From Candidatus Wallbacteria bacterium (lineage in GTDB: Bacteria > Muiribacteriota > UBA6191 > JACPRK01): a stretch of DNA of 64,000 bases. Below are positions 36,637 through 45,706 of this stretch, in pieces. Made by a program: the position numbers and the translations under genes. The stretch is from positions 24,717 through 88,716 of the forward strand of contig JACPRK010000139.1 of assembly GCA_016190005.1 (NCBI GenBank), written 5' to 3'. Every line of letters starts with the position of its first letter. Within the stretch, counting starts at the first letter, position 1. Under the pieces are notes generated by a model. The model was not told where the DNA came from and did not search any database. It saw only the letters and a program-made list of their open reading frames with translations.

Positions 36637-37614
36637 ATGCAAACACCCTCTGAGCAGAGCCTCTCGAGTAGAGTGCGAACCCTGCTTCGCGCCGCCATCT
36701 TGTCGCTCGTTCTGGTGGCAGCCCTGCTGCACAGGTTTGCACCAGGGGCGCTCGCGGTCGGTTTGGATCTGACGGATCTGCGAGTCCCTCGAGCGGAGCT
36801 GAGAGGCGGCGGCCCACCGAAGGATGGGATTCCGTCGCTGACGGACCCCGCGGTCGTCAGCCCCGAGCAGGTGGATTTCCTGCAGGAAGACGACTGGGTC
36901 CTCGGTGTCGAGCTCGGTGCCCAGGCGCGGGCCTATCCGCTGAAGCTGCTGACCCAGCACGAGGCCGCCAACGACGTGGTGGGCGGCCAGCCGATCGTCG
37001 CTACCTACTGACCGCTCACCGAGAGCGGGGTGGTCTACTCCGCGCGGCTCGACGGTATGCGGCTGACGTTCGGCATCTCCGGACTCCTCTACCGCAGCAA
37101 CGTCGTGCTTTACGATCGCAGAAGCGGCAGCCTCTGGTCCCAGCTCGCGGGCGCCGCGATATCGGGCAAGTACAGTGGCCGGCAGCTCGTGGAGCTCCCG
37201 TCCCTGGTGACGACCTGGGCGAGCTGGCGCCGTGCACGCCCCGACTCGTCGGTCGCTCTGGCTGCAAGTCTCCGGTACTCGGCCGACCCATACGCCGACT
37301 ATTGGGGCTCGTCCGAAACGATGTTCGACGTGGGCCCCATCGACACGCGATTGCCGGCCAAGGCATTGGTGTTCGGCGCCGTCGTGGGGAAACTCGCGAA
37401 GGCGTATCCACTGAGCGAGTTTCCGTCGACCAACCAAGTTATGCGGGACCGAATCGGCAACGTGAAGGTTTGGCTTTCTCGGGGCGAGACCTCCAGGGAC
37501 TTTCGGATGACGGACTTGACGGGCCGGCGAGTGAGCGGATCGGTCATGTACTGGTTCGCCTGGTCGAAGTTCCATCCGGACACTGCCCTCTGGGCCGGGC
37601 CGGCCGGGCAATGA
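36637..37614 (+). CDS. DUF3179-family protein with in-frame UGA (putative selenocysteine) at the first Cys of the conserved TYCPLC motif
   Basis: AAAGGAGG RBS before ATG 36637. Signal/anchor N-terminus. ...LLTQHEAANDVVGGQPIVATY-[TGA 37009-37011]-PLTESGVVYSARLDGMRLTFGISGLLYRSNVVLYDRRSGSLWSQL continues in the same frame as ORF 37030-37614. A hairpin follows 13 nt downstream. Confidence 0.65.
37025..37043 (+). other. putative bacterial SECIS-like hairpin (stem GCGGGG/CUCCGC, loop UGGUCUA)
   Basis: Starts 13 nt 3-prime of the in-frame UGA. The loop contains GGUCU. Confidence 0.45.
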
Positions 37615-37874
37615 CGAGGCTCGAGCCAGCTCTCCGCTACCGGCCGCTGAACTCCATTCGGCCGCCGCGGTATCAACCCAAGAGGAGCTTCGCCACCATG
37701 GCGGAGAGCGCCAGCGCCAAGGGCAGCGTGAAGATTCACGCGAGCGCGATGTTCGCAGCGAAGAGCACGGGCCCGGCGGTCACGAGACTGGCTGAGAAAC
37801 CATGTCCCAGGCTCATGGCCGTGATGCGCGGGCTCATCGTCGACTACGCGGCGCCGGCGGCGGCCACCCAGCAA

Positions 37875-38678
37875 TCACTTGCCACCCTTGCCGGTTTCAG
37901 AGCCGGCAAGCCTCAGCGCTCGCAGCGCATCTACCACGTCGGCGGGCTCGGAGCGCTGGGTGTAATCCGCGCTCACGAATCGATAGCGGATAACGCCCTC
38001 GCGATCCAGAACGAACGTCCCCGGCACCGGAAGCTCCCCGGAGCGGTCCGCATTGAACTTCGCGAGATCGATGCCGAAGCCGCGGTACATCTCCGCCAGC
38101 TTGGCGGGCACCTGGAAGACGAGACCGAACCCACGCGCCACCTGGTTGCCCAGGTCGCTGAGGACCTCGAAATCCAGCTTGAGCTTCTCCTGCGTCATGA
38201 GCGCGAAGTCGGGCTTCTCGGGCGAGATTGCAACCAGAGAGCCCCCGGCTGCCCGAATGTCGGGCAGGGCTTGTTGCAGAGCATCCAGCTCCGCGTTGCA
38301 GTACGGTCACCAATGCCCTCGGTAGAACGCGACGACCACCGGGCCCTTCGCCAGCAATTCGACCGAGGATACGGTCTTACCGCTCGCGTTAGGCAAGCGA
38401 AAGCCGGGCGCCCTCTGCCCGACCTTCAGGCTCCGTTCCTCGACGCCCGTGCGCCGAACTTCGTCCAGGGCGGCTCGCGCCACCGCGGCCTTCTCCGCGG
38501 GCATCTTCTTCGCCGACTCGCTTCGCATGGCGTCCAGCTTCGAGGCCAGCGGCCGCGGATCTGCCTCGGCCGCCGCGGCCACTGCGCCGGCCGCCAGTAA
38601 CGCCGAAAGCAAAATTCGACTCGAGAGCCCAGTCGTTGTGTCGGTTCCTATCTGCCTGATGGCTTTCGACATGAACAC
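37875..38678 (-). CDS. periplasmic peroxiredoxin-like (AhpC/TSA-Redoxin family) protein with in-frame UGA (putative selenocysteine) in a W-U-P-Y-C motif
   Basis: Signal peptide. ...GPVVVAFYRGHW-[TGA 38309-38307]-PYCNAELDALQQALPDIRAAGGSLVAISPEKPDF...TFVLDREGVIRYRF. ORFs 38307-38678 and 37875-38198 are the same frame, and the region between them is open. A hairpin follows 12 nt downstream. Confidence 0.7.
38276..38294 (-). other. putative bacterial SECIS-like hairpin (stem GCGGAGC/GCUCUGC with one G-U pair, loop UGGAU)
   Basis: Begins 12 nt 3-prime of the UGA in the Prx-like gene. Confidence 0.4.
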
Positions 38679-39003
38679 CTCGCGTTCCTCCGTTTCTCGG
38701 ATCAGTATAGTCGCGGCTTCGTCAACCGAGTCGGCGCCTCAATCCTCGGCGGCCGTGATATCGGCGTTCGCGATCAGTCGTGACCGGCTGAACGTGTCGA
38801 CGAGCGCGCCTGCCCGAGGTAACGCGAGAACGAGACTCGACCGGCGCCGTTACCCGGCTCGTCGTGCGACGTCTTCGAAGGTGATGCCGGAGTTGCTCTT
38901 CAGATGTGTCACCTGCCTTCTGGCACCCTGGATCCTGGTCGCGGCCGCCCTTAAGGGCCGGTGGTTTGTCTGCGACGGGCTAATGCGCCACGAGTAACTC
39001 CCG

Positions 39004-40476
39004 ATGCAGCGGAGAATCGTCGGGCTCAGCCTGGGTCTGATGACGTTCTTTGCGGTCGCGACTGGGGTTTTTCACTATCTGCGAACGTCCACGGACCTCG
39101 AAGCCTTGGCTGACCAGCGCCTGCGGTACATCGCCGCCACGGCCGCGGCGGGCCTGGACGGCGATGCCCACGCGGAGCTCAACAGCTGCCTGGACAATCA
39201 GTGCCCCAACTACGCGAAGCTCACCGAGTACCTTCGAGCCGTCCAGACATAAAATGATCTCTCGACGGAGGTGTACACCCTCGCCCGAGAAGGCGACCGA
39301 ACGCGGTTCGTCTTGAGGACCCAGCACGAAGCCGACTTCGGAGTGTCTTACGATCTGCGTCCGGAGATGTTGGCGACGTTCGACGAGGGCAAGGTCGTCA
39401 CAACCGGTGTCTACTCGGATCGCTACGGCTCCTGGTTGTCGGCCTACGCGCCCGTCCGGAACAAACAGGGGAGGGTCGTCGCCTTGCTGGAAGTCGACTA
39501 CAAGGCCGAGGAGCTTGCTGCCATTCTCCGAAGAGACGCGGCGCAGTCGGCGGTGGTTTGGCTCCTGGGGCTGACGGTCACGGGTCTGCTAGCCCTGCGT
39601 CTTTCGCGGCAGATCGCCGAGCCGCTGACGCATCTGACCGCCGCGGTCGACGCCGCCGCATCCGGAGATGAAAGTCATGAGCTGCCGACCGATGCACCGG
39701 CGGAAATCGGGCTCCTGGTCCGCCGCTTCGGCGAGATGCGAGACGCCGTTGCCAACGCCCGGCGGCAGGAGCGGCTGGCGGTCGTGGGGCAGATGGCCGG
39801 AACGATGATCCACGACCTGCGAGGCCCGCTCACGGTGCTCATGGGAATGACCGAGCTGATGCAGGACGAAGAGGACGGCATCGCGCGAAAGCAGCTCGGT
39901 GTGCGCGTGTTCGAGCACATCAATCGCATCGAGGCGATGGCCCGAGACGTTCTCGACTTCTCGCGGGGTGTGTCGAACATGGAGCGAAGCCGGTTCCGCG
40001 CCGCCTCGGTGCTGGAGTCCGTGGCTGCGGACCTTGCCTCGATTGCGACTAGAAAGGGCGTCGTTCTGCGCGTAGACCCCGAGTGGGACGGGCTCGTCTG
40101 GGGGGACCAGGAGAAGCTGCTCAGGCTCGCCCACAACCTCGTGAAGAACGCGATCGAGGCGACGCCAGCAGGAAGGCGAGTGGTGGTGCGAACGCGCGCC
40201 GGCGCCGGGCGATGGCAGCTTCTCGTGGAGGATGAGGGCACCGGGATTTCACCGCAGGTGGCAGCGAGGCTTTTCGAGCCGTTCGCGACTCATGGAAAGT
40301 CGGGAGGTACGGGGCTGGGTCTGGCGATGGTGAAGAGTGTCGCCGAGACTCACGGAGGAAGCGTCACTCACGCGGCGCGGCCGGGCGGCGGCACGGTTTT
40401 CAGGGTCGAGCTGCCGATCGATCGACGCGAGCCTGGCGGGCAGAAGCAGGAAGCCCGTGAGCAAAAGGCCGCGTGA
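39004..40476 (+). pseudogene. sensor histidine kinase, paralog 2, interrupted by an in-frame TAA at 39250-39252
   Basis: 39004-39252 and 39271-40476 are co-linear with paralog 1: ...YLRAVQT-TAA-NDLSTEVYTLAREG against ...YLRRIEQGNGLNTEIYTLVREG. The stop falls where paralog 1 has Gly/Gln. Downstream H-box and ATPase motifs are intact. Confidence 0.55.
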
Positions 40477-40608
40477 CGCCGGCAAAGCGTTACCCGGCGC
40501 GCGAGGCGGCGTCGAGTCGGCAACTGATCCCGCGAAATCGACGTCGCCGCCGCAGGCGCCCGAGCCTTGCTTCACCGGCGCCGGTCCCGGCCTTCCGCGG
40601 AGGGAGCA

Positions 40609-41196
40609 TCAAGCCGCGGGACGTTTCCTGCGAAGCCGTTTGCCAGCCTCCGGCTCCGCCCAATCGGACTCCAGCTCCACGCCGAGGCCGAGGGCCAGTC
40701 GATTGACGAAGTTGAAGTACGCTGTCACCGCGGCAATGTCGTGAATCGACCGGTCATCGTGCCCGATCTGACGCAGCAGCTCCACGTCGGCTCTCCTCAT
40801 CTCGGCAGGCGTGCGGGTGAGTTTCACCGCGAAATGCAGCATGGCCAGATTAGCCGGCTCCAGACGTGCGGTGCGGAAGTCGCGAGCGATCGCCTCGACG
40901 AGATCCTCGTCGCGGGTGAGACGGAGAAGGACCTCTCCGTGATGCTGCAGTCAGTAGTGGCAGTCGTTGGCCTGCGAAACCACGACCGCGATCATCTCGC
41001 GCTGGCGGCGCGTGAGCGGCGAGCCTCCGAACATCAATGCCTTGTAGAGCGCCATGTGCCCCTCCATCCCTTCCGGATGGACGCCGCTGACGGCCAGGAT
41101 GGCGGGGGCGCTGGCCTGGTCGCCCAGGAGACGTTTGTACGTCTCCTTCAAACGGACCGGGGCTTCGGATGGTTGAATCTCCGTTATCCACGACAT
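40609..41196 (-). CDS. AhpD-like / carboxymuconolactone-decarboxylase-family peroxidase-related protein with in-frame UGA (putative selenocysteine) in a C-H-Y-U motif
   Basis: ...MIAVVVSQANDCHY-[TGA 40953-40951]-LQHHGEVLLRLTRDEDLVEAIARDFRTARLEPANLAMLHFAV... ORFs 40951-41196 and 40609-40842 share a frame, which is open across the gap. A hairpin follows 10 nt downstream. Confidence 0.7.
40921..40940 (-). other. putative bacterial SECIS-like hairpin (7-bp Watson-Crick stem ACGGAGA/UCUCCGU, loop GGUCCU)
   Basis: Begins 10 nt 3-prime of the UGA in the AhpD-like gene. The loop contains GGUC. Confidence 0.45.
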
Positions 41197-41546
41197 AGTC
41201 TATCCTTTCACTCCGGAGGTGACGCCGCGGGCCCGAGCGCGGCGCTCATCGTGTCCGCAGCGAGCGCAGTCGGCTCACGCTCCAGACGCCCCGAGGCGCT
41301 CGAGGTAACGGCTGTCGGCTCGGCGTGCTACAGACCGTCGCCGCGCGGCATCGGTCCGGCCGGCATCGATATCCTGCTCTCGGAGGCACGGCTTCTGCTC
41401 GCAGGCGTTACCCAGGCCCGAGCCGGGCGTCCAGACCAGTGGAGCACGCGAACCTGCCGTTCCCGGCGGCGATCTCTTCGGAGGCGGGCCCATACGGTAG
41501 AGGAGTCGACTTGAGCAGAGCCAACAGCGACCGTGCGACATTCAAG

Positions 41547-42254
41547 ATGGCCAGCCTGGCGATTGCACTTGCCGCGCTGCTGGCGGTGGCAGCGAGTTTG
41601 CCCATTGGCGCGTGGCTCTTGCGGACAGTGGAGTGGATCCGATCGGCTGGCGTGGCCGGCGCGCTCGCGTACGGCGCGATTTACGTGCTGGCCACGGTCT
41701 TGATGCTGCCGGGTTCCGCGCTGACACTGGGGGCCGGATTCGCTTACGGTCCCCTCTTGGGGACCCTTCTCGTTTCGCCCGCGAGCGTGCTCGGCGCGAC
41801 GCTGGCCTTTCTACTGGGACGGTCCGCCGCTAGAGAATGGGTGGTAGGCAAGATGACGGCCCATCCGCGGTTCGGAGCGGTGGACCGCGCCGTCGGCGAT
41901 CGTGGCTTCTTGCTGGTGATGCTGCTGAGACTATCGCCCTTGTTTCCGTTCAACTTGCTCAACTACGCGCTGGGCGCAACTCGCGTGAGGCTGCGCGACT
42001 ACGTGGTGGCATCCTTCGTCGGGATGCTTCCGGGCACGTTCCTGTACGTTTACCTGGGCTCCCTCGTCACCAGCGCAGGCGAGCTGCTCGGCGGTCAGCG
42101 GCCGGCGGCGGGGCCCTGGGGCAGGGGGCTCTACTGGGTCGGTCTGTTCGCAACTGTCGCTGTCGTGGCCTTCGTGACACGCTTCGCGAGACAGGCGCTG
42201 GATCGAGCTCTAGAATCGGCTGATGCCCGAACTTCCGAAGAGACGAAGTCATGA
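41547..42254 (+). CDS. DedA/TVP38/TMEM64-family membrane protein, copy 2, intact
   Basis: MASLAIALAALLAVAASLPIGAWLLRTVEWIRSAG...LPGSALTLGAGFAYGPLLGTLLVSPASVLGATLAFLLGRS...RLSPLFPFNLLNYALGATRV. Paralog of 11103-11790. Confidence 0.75.
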   Translation: MASLAIALAALLAVAASLPIGAWLLRTVEWIRSAGVAGALAYGAIYVLATVLMLPGSALTLGAGFAYGPLLGTLLVSPASVLGATLAFLLGRSAAREWVVGKMTAHPRFGAVDRAVGDRGFLLVMLLRLSPLFPFNLLNYALGATRVRLRDYVVASFVGMLPGTFLYVYLGSLVTSAGELLGGQRPAAGPWGRGLYWVGLFATVAVVAFVTRFARQALDRALESADARTSEETKS

Positions 42255-42265
42255 ATCCGAACCCG

Positions 42266-42610
42266 GATCACCCTACAAGTTCACTCACGCAGCCGACGTG
42301 ATGGCCCGAATCGTGATCGCCAACGCCCTGTTCGGCAGCCGTGGCTCGGGCAGTGCTCTGACGATCCCGTGGTGCACCTGCATCGATCCCGAGATCGCCC
42401 ACGTGGGATTGTACGAGGCCTACGCGCGCAAGCGCGGCCTCGCCGTAGACACCTACACTCAGCCGCTGTCGGAGGTGGACCGCGCCATTCTTGACGGCGA
42501 GGAGGAGGGGTTCGTGCGAGTGCACGTACGGCAGGGATCCGACACGATCCTGGGCGCCACCGTCGTGGCGCGCCATGCCGGGGAGATGATTTCGGAGCTG
42601 ACGCTAACGA
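42266..42610 (+). pseudogene. C-terminal fragment of a pyridine nucleotide-disulfide oxidoreductase (dimerisation domain only)
   Basis: KFTHAADVMARIVIANALFGSRGSGSALTIPWCTCIDPEIAHVGLYEAYARKRGLA...ILGATVVARHAGEMISELTLT aligns with residues ~365-490 of the 14480-16033 protein. It has no N-terminal FAD/NAD domains, and the frame degenerates after ELTLT. Confidence 0.6.
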
Positions 42611-43262
42611 GGAAGATCTCGTCGGGCCGTGCCTGGACCGGCTGCAACAATTTGCGCCGGGCACGGAGATTCTCGTTGTCGACGGCGGCAGTACCGACTC
42701 CACGCGCGAGCGGGTGTCTGCTCGGCCCTGGACGACGTTGATTTCTGCGGGAAGGCCTCCCCGCGGCATGCAGATGAACGCTGGAGTTCACGTCACGCGC
42801 GGCGACATCCTGCTACTCCTACACGTCGATATGGAGCTGCCCCCGGACGCTGTGACTCAGATCGAGAAGGCGACCGAGGGTCCCCAAGTCGTGGGAGGCG
42901 GGTTCCGCAAGCGCCACCGCGAAGCCCCGCCGTTGCTTGTCCTCCAGGACTGGTGGCTGAACACGTTGCGTTCGGGACTTCAGCGCCATCTGGTCGGGAC
43001 CAACGGCATCTTCGTGAGGAGAAGCGTCTTCGAGCACTTGGGAGGATTCAGAGAGTGGTCACTGCTGGAAGACGTGGAGTTCCCGGACCGACTGCGGGAC
43101 CTCGGTCGGGTCGCGTTTTTAACGGGTCCAGTGCTGGTCTCGGCGCGCAAGTATCTGCGGCATAGGACGCTGAGGCAGCGTCTCACGAATGCCCGAGTGA
43201 TGGCGGGATATGGGTGGCTGGGCATTCACCCCGAACAGCTCGCTTCGATCTGCGGGGCCTAG
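42600..43262 (+). CDS. family-2 glycosyltransferase (TIGR04283-like), N-terminally truncated
   Basis: ...EEDLVGPCLDRLQQFAPGTEILVVDGGSTDSTRE...GMQMNAGVHVTRGDILLLLHVDMELP...GIFVRRSVFEHLGGFREWSLLEDVEFPDRLR is a GT2 fold. The first ~15 residues and any start codon are missing, replaced by the oxidoreductase fragment. Confidence 0.55.
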   Translation, partial: DANEEDLVGPCLDRLQQFAPGTEILVVDGGSTDSTRERVSARPWTTLISAGRPPRGMQMNAGVHVTRGDILLLLHVDMELPPDAVTQIEKATEGPQVVGGGFRKRHREAPPLLVLQDWWLNTLRSGLQRHLVGTNGIFVRRSVFEHLGGFREWSLLEDVEFPDRLRDLGRVAFLTGPVLVSARKYLRHRTLRQRLTNARVMAGYGWLGIHPEQLASICGA

Positions 43263-43466
43263 AACTCGACGACCGTCGCTCCGATTTCCGACAGAGCTGG
43301 CTCCCGGGGAGCTGCGCTATCTGGAGGGTCTGGACATGGCGATGCGGCCTCGAGCTCTCGGGAAGGTGCGGTTGCGGGAGGGGCCAGGCGCGCACACGTC
43401 GGCCCGGCGGTTCCTCGAGGCCGGTCCGCCACGAATGGCGCCGCTCAACGCGCTGATCGCGTGGCT

Positions 43467-44465
43467 CTATCTCGCCGGCCTTTCTGCCGAAAGGATGCGG
43501 TTCATCGATTCGAGAAAGTGCTTCATGAACTTTTCCCGGTGGACCGTCATCACGACGTCGACAGCACGACCGCTGCCGGTCGGATCGATGACGGTTCTCA
43601 ACGTCTGCCCCCACATCTCGATCGACACGGGCAACTTCTGCACCTGTGCCAGCTCCGGGGTGTGCGCCAGCACGCAACCCAGGACGTCTCCCAGGTGCGT
43701 CTCGTGGCTTGCGTGTCGTGCCAGTCGTTCCTCGACCCGGGCCACAGTCCAGCTGGCCACTGGTGTCCCCAATCGGCGCCACTCTTCGAGATGCCGCTTC
43801 TCGACCGTGACCTCGAGCGCTGGAGCCAGACCGCTCATCAGGATCGGCACTCCAGATTCGAATACGAGCGCCGCGGCGTCGGGATCGCAGTTCAGGTTGT
43901 ACTCGCTCTTGTAATCGACGAAAATCGTGCCCCGCTCGGTGACGGGAGGAAAGTGCGTCGCGCCACCGACGACCATGAGCTGGCCGATTCGCTTCGGCAA
44001 CTCCGGATCCTTCAAAATGGCCACGGCGACGTTGGTCAAGGGGCCGATGGCCAGGACTTTCAACCCGGGATGCCGCCGCGCGGCCTGGATCATAAGGTCG
44101 ACGCCGTGCTCGGAGGAGACCGGTGTCCTCGGCTCCGCGTCGAGGTGCTGGCGCAGCTCACGGCTCCAGTCTCTGGGCTGTTTGCGACGGAGCAGCGTCG
44201 TGCCGATACCCGCGCCGACGCGGATGTCCGGCCGGCCGGCCAGTTCGAGCAATCGCCGGGCAATACGCGCGCGGGCCCCCGATTCGCCATGAACCGTCGA
44301 GATCCCGACGAGCTCGAGCTCAGGTGTCGCCAGAATGGTCAGCAGCGCAAGCACGTCATCGACGTCGGAACCGATGTCGGTGTCGAGGAAGACTGGGACT
44401 CGGTCGCCGGCCAGGCAGTTTGCCGAGCTGCATGCGAGCAATGCCACGAGAATCCAGGCTCTCAA
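43467..44465 (-). CDS. inosine-uridine-preferring nucleoside hydrolase family protein (secreted)
   Basis: Signal peptide. N-terminal aspartate cluster VFLDTDIGSDVDDVLAL is the IUNH calcium-binding motif. ...GPLTNVAVA... Confidence 0.8.
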   Translation of the reverse strand: MRAWILVALLACSSANCLAGDRVPVFLDTDIGSDVDDVLALLTILATPELELVGISTVHGESGARARIARRLLELAGRPDIRVGAGIGTTLLRRKQPRDWSRELRQHLDAEPRTPVSSEHGVDLMIQAARRHPGLKVLAIGPLTNVAVAILKDPELPKRIGQLMVVGGATHFPPVTERGTIFVDYKSEYNLNCDPDAAALVFESGVPILMSGLAPALEVTVEKRHLEEWRRLGTPVASWTVARVEERLARHASHETHLGDVLGCVLAHTPELAQVQKLPVSIEMWGQTLRTVIDPTGSGRAVDVVMTVHREKFMKHFLESMNRILSAERPAR

Positions 44466-45568
44466 CTGATGACCTCCCGATGGATGCTGCTGCTTTGCGG
44501 TTCCAGGACCAAGATGGTGGCCTGTCGCAACACCTGGCGACGCTTTTCCTGCGAATCGACGAACGGCGAGTTCGCTGCGCCGATGACGCGCCGGATCATC
44601 TCGAAGCCGGCCATCTTCAAGATCGACTTCAGGAGACCGTCATGTCGCATTTCGTCAAGGTAGGCTCGCAGGAAGGCAGCGTACGGCACCGGACGGGCAA
44701 GCGAAATGGTGAGCATCAGCAGATGCGCAAGCAGCATCCCGGGATCGAACCACGCGGCGCCCGGATCGCAGAGCTCGGCGTCGAGGACAGTGGCGCGACT
44801 GCCCTCCCGCACGAAGATGCTCTCGCCGTGCAGATCCCCATGCGTCAGGACGCTTGGCTCGCCGGACTTGAAGTCACTTTCGAAGCTGCGAGCCTCCGCA
44901 GCAAGACGCTCGCCGGCCTGCTCGAACAGGTGAGCCTGTAAGACGGCGAGGCCTTCCCCACCGTCGCGGGAGCTCCAGATGGCGCGCATCTGCTCGGGAT
45001 GCTCCAGCGGAAGTGTGAGAACGTAGGGCCGATTGGCTGCGGCTGTGGGGTTGTTCCGAAAGCCCGCAGGTACTTCCAGCGAGAGACTCCCTCGGTGAAA
45101 GCGGCCCAGATCGCGGCCCAAGTTCGCGAAGAACTGCGGCTCCGGGAAGGCATCCGACAGAAGGCACCTTTCCAAAGACATCGATGGAGCCAGGTCCTCC
45201 GCGACCAGGACGCGATTTTCGATGTCCTGGGCGAGGATCGAGGGCACCCACCGATCGAGGAAGGCCTCGCTCGAGGCTCGGTAGTAAAACGCCTCGAACG
45301 CGAGGCGGTCCTCCGGAAAACGTATGCTCGGGTATCTCTCGAGGGCACCTCCCGCGGGCACGTGCTTGACGACGCACGACCCCACGACGCGCCCCGACAG
45401 GTCCACGTACGAGACTCGCCGGACACGATTGATGTTGCCGCTGATGTCGTCGACGCGAGCAGTGACCTGCGCGTCGCCGGCAAGTCTAGCCTGAACACCC
45501 GTTCGACGAAGGTACTCCTCGAAGTCTGCTGGCGAACGTAGTTCGCGGGACGAGAAGCAGTCGCTCAA
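44462..45568 (-). CDS. methylthioribose kinase-like / aminoglycoside phosphotransferase-family kinase
   Basis: Brenner/APH-type motifs LTHGDLHGESIF and LDAELCDPGAAWFDPG resemble MtnK. The 4-nt overlap with the nucleoside hydrolase gene suggests an operon. Confidence 0.6.
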   Translation of the reverse strand: MSDCFSSRELRSPADFEEYLRRTGVQARLAGDAQVTARVDDISGNINRVRRVSYVDLSGRVVGSCVVKHVPAGGALERYPSIRFPEDRLAFEAFYYRASSEAFLDRWVPSILAQDIENRVLVAEDLAPSMSLERCLLSDAFPEPQFFANLGRDLGRFHRGSLSLEVPAGFRNNPTAAANRPYVLTLPLEHPEQMRAIWSSRDGGEGLAVLQAHLFEQAGERLAAEARSFESDFKSGEPSVLTHGDLHGESIFVREGSRATVLDAELCDPGAAWFDPGMLLAHLLMLTISLARPVPYAAFLRAYLDEMRHDGLLKSILKMAGFEMIRRVIGAANSPFVDSQEKRRQVLRQATILVLEPQSSSIHREVIS

Positions 45569-45706
45569 TTCACATCACCCGAGCCCATGTCGAGCTGCCG
45601 AGGCTGCGCCTGGCTGGCAGCACGCGCAGTCCGAAAGCGTAGTTGAGCACACCGAATGCTATCACGGGGGAGAGGCGTGGCAGCGGCCCGACTCCGGGTC
45701 CCACGG

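Noticed and set aside
37009-40953. Reading the three in-frame TGAs as premature stops, i.e. pseudogenes or split genes as in the ORF track
   Set aside because: All three fall precisely on conserved redox Cys codons of three different families. Downstream frames remain open and homologous, and each has a hairpin at SECIS-appropriate spacing. Independent nonsense mutations at exactly these codons are very unlikely. Selenocysteine recoding is still unproven without the sel genes.
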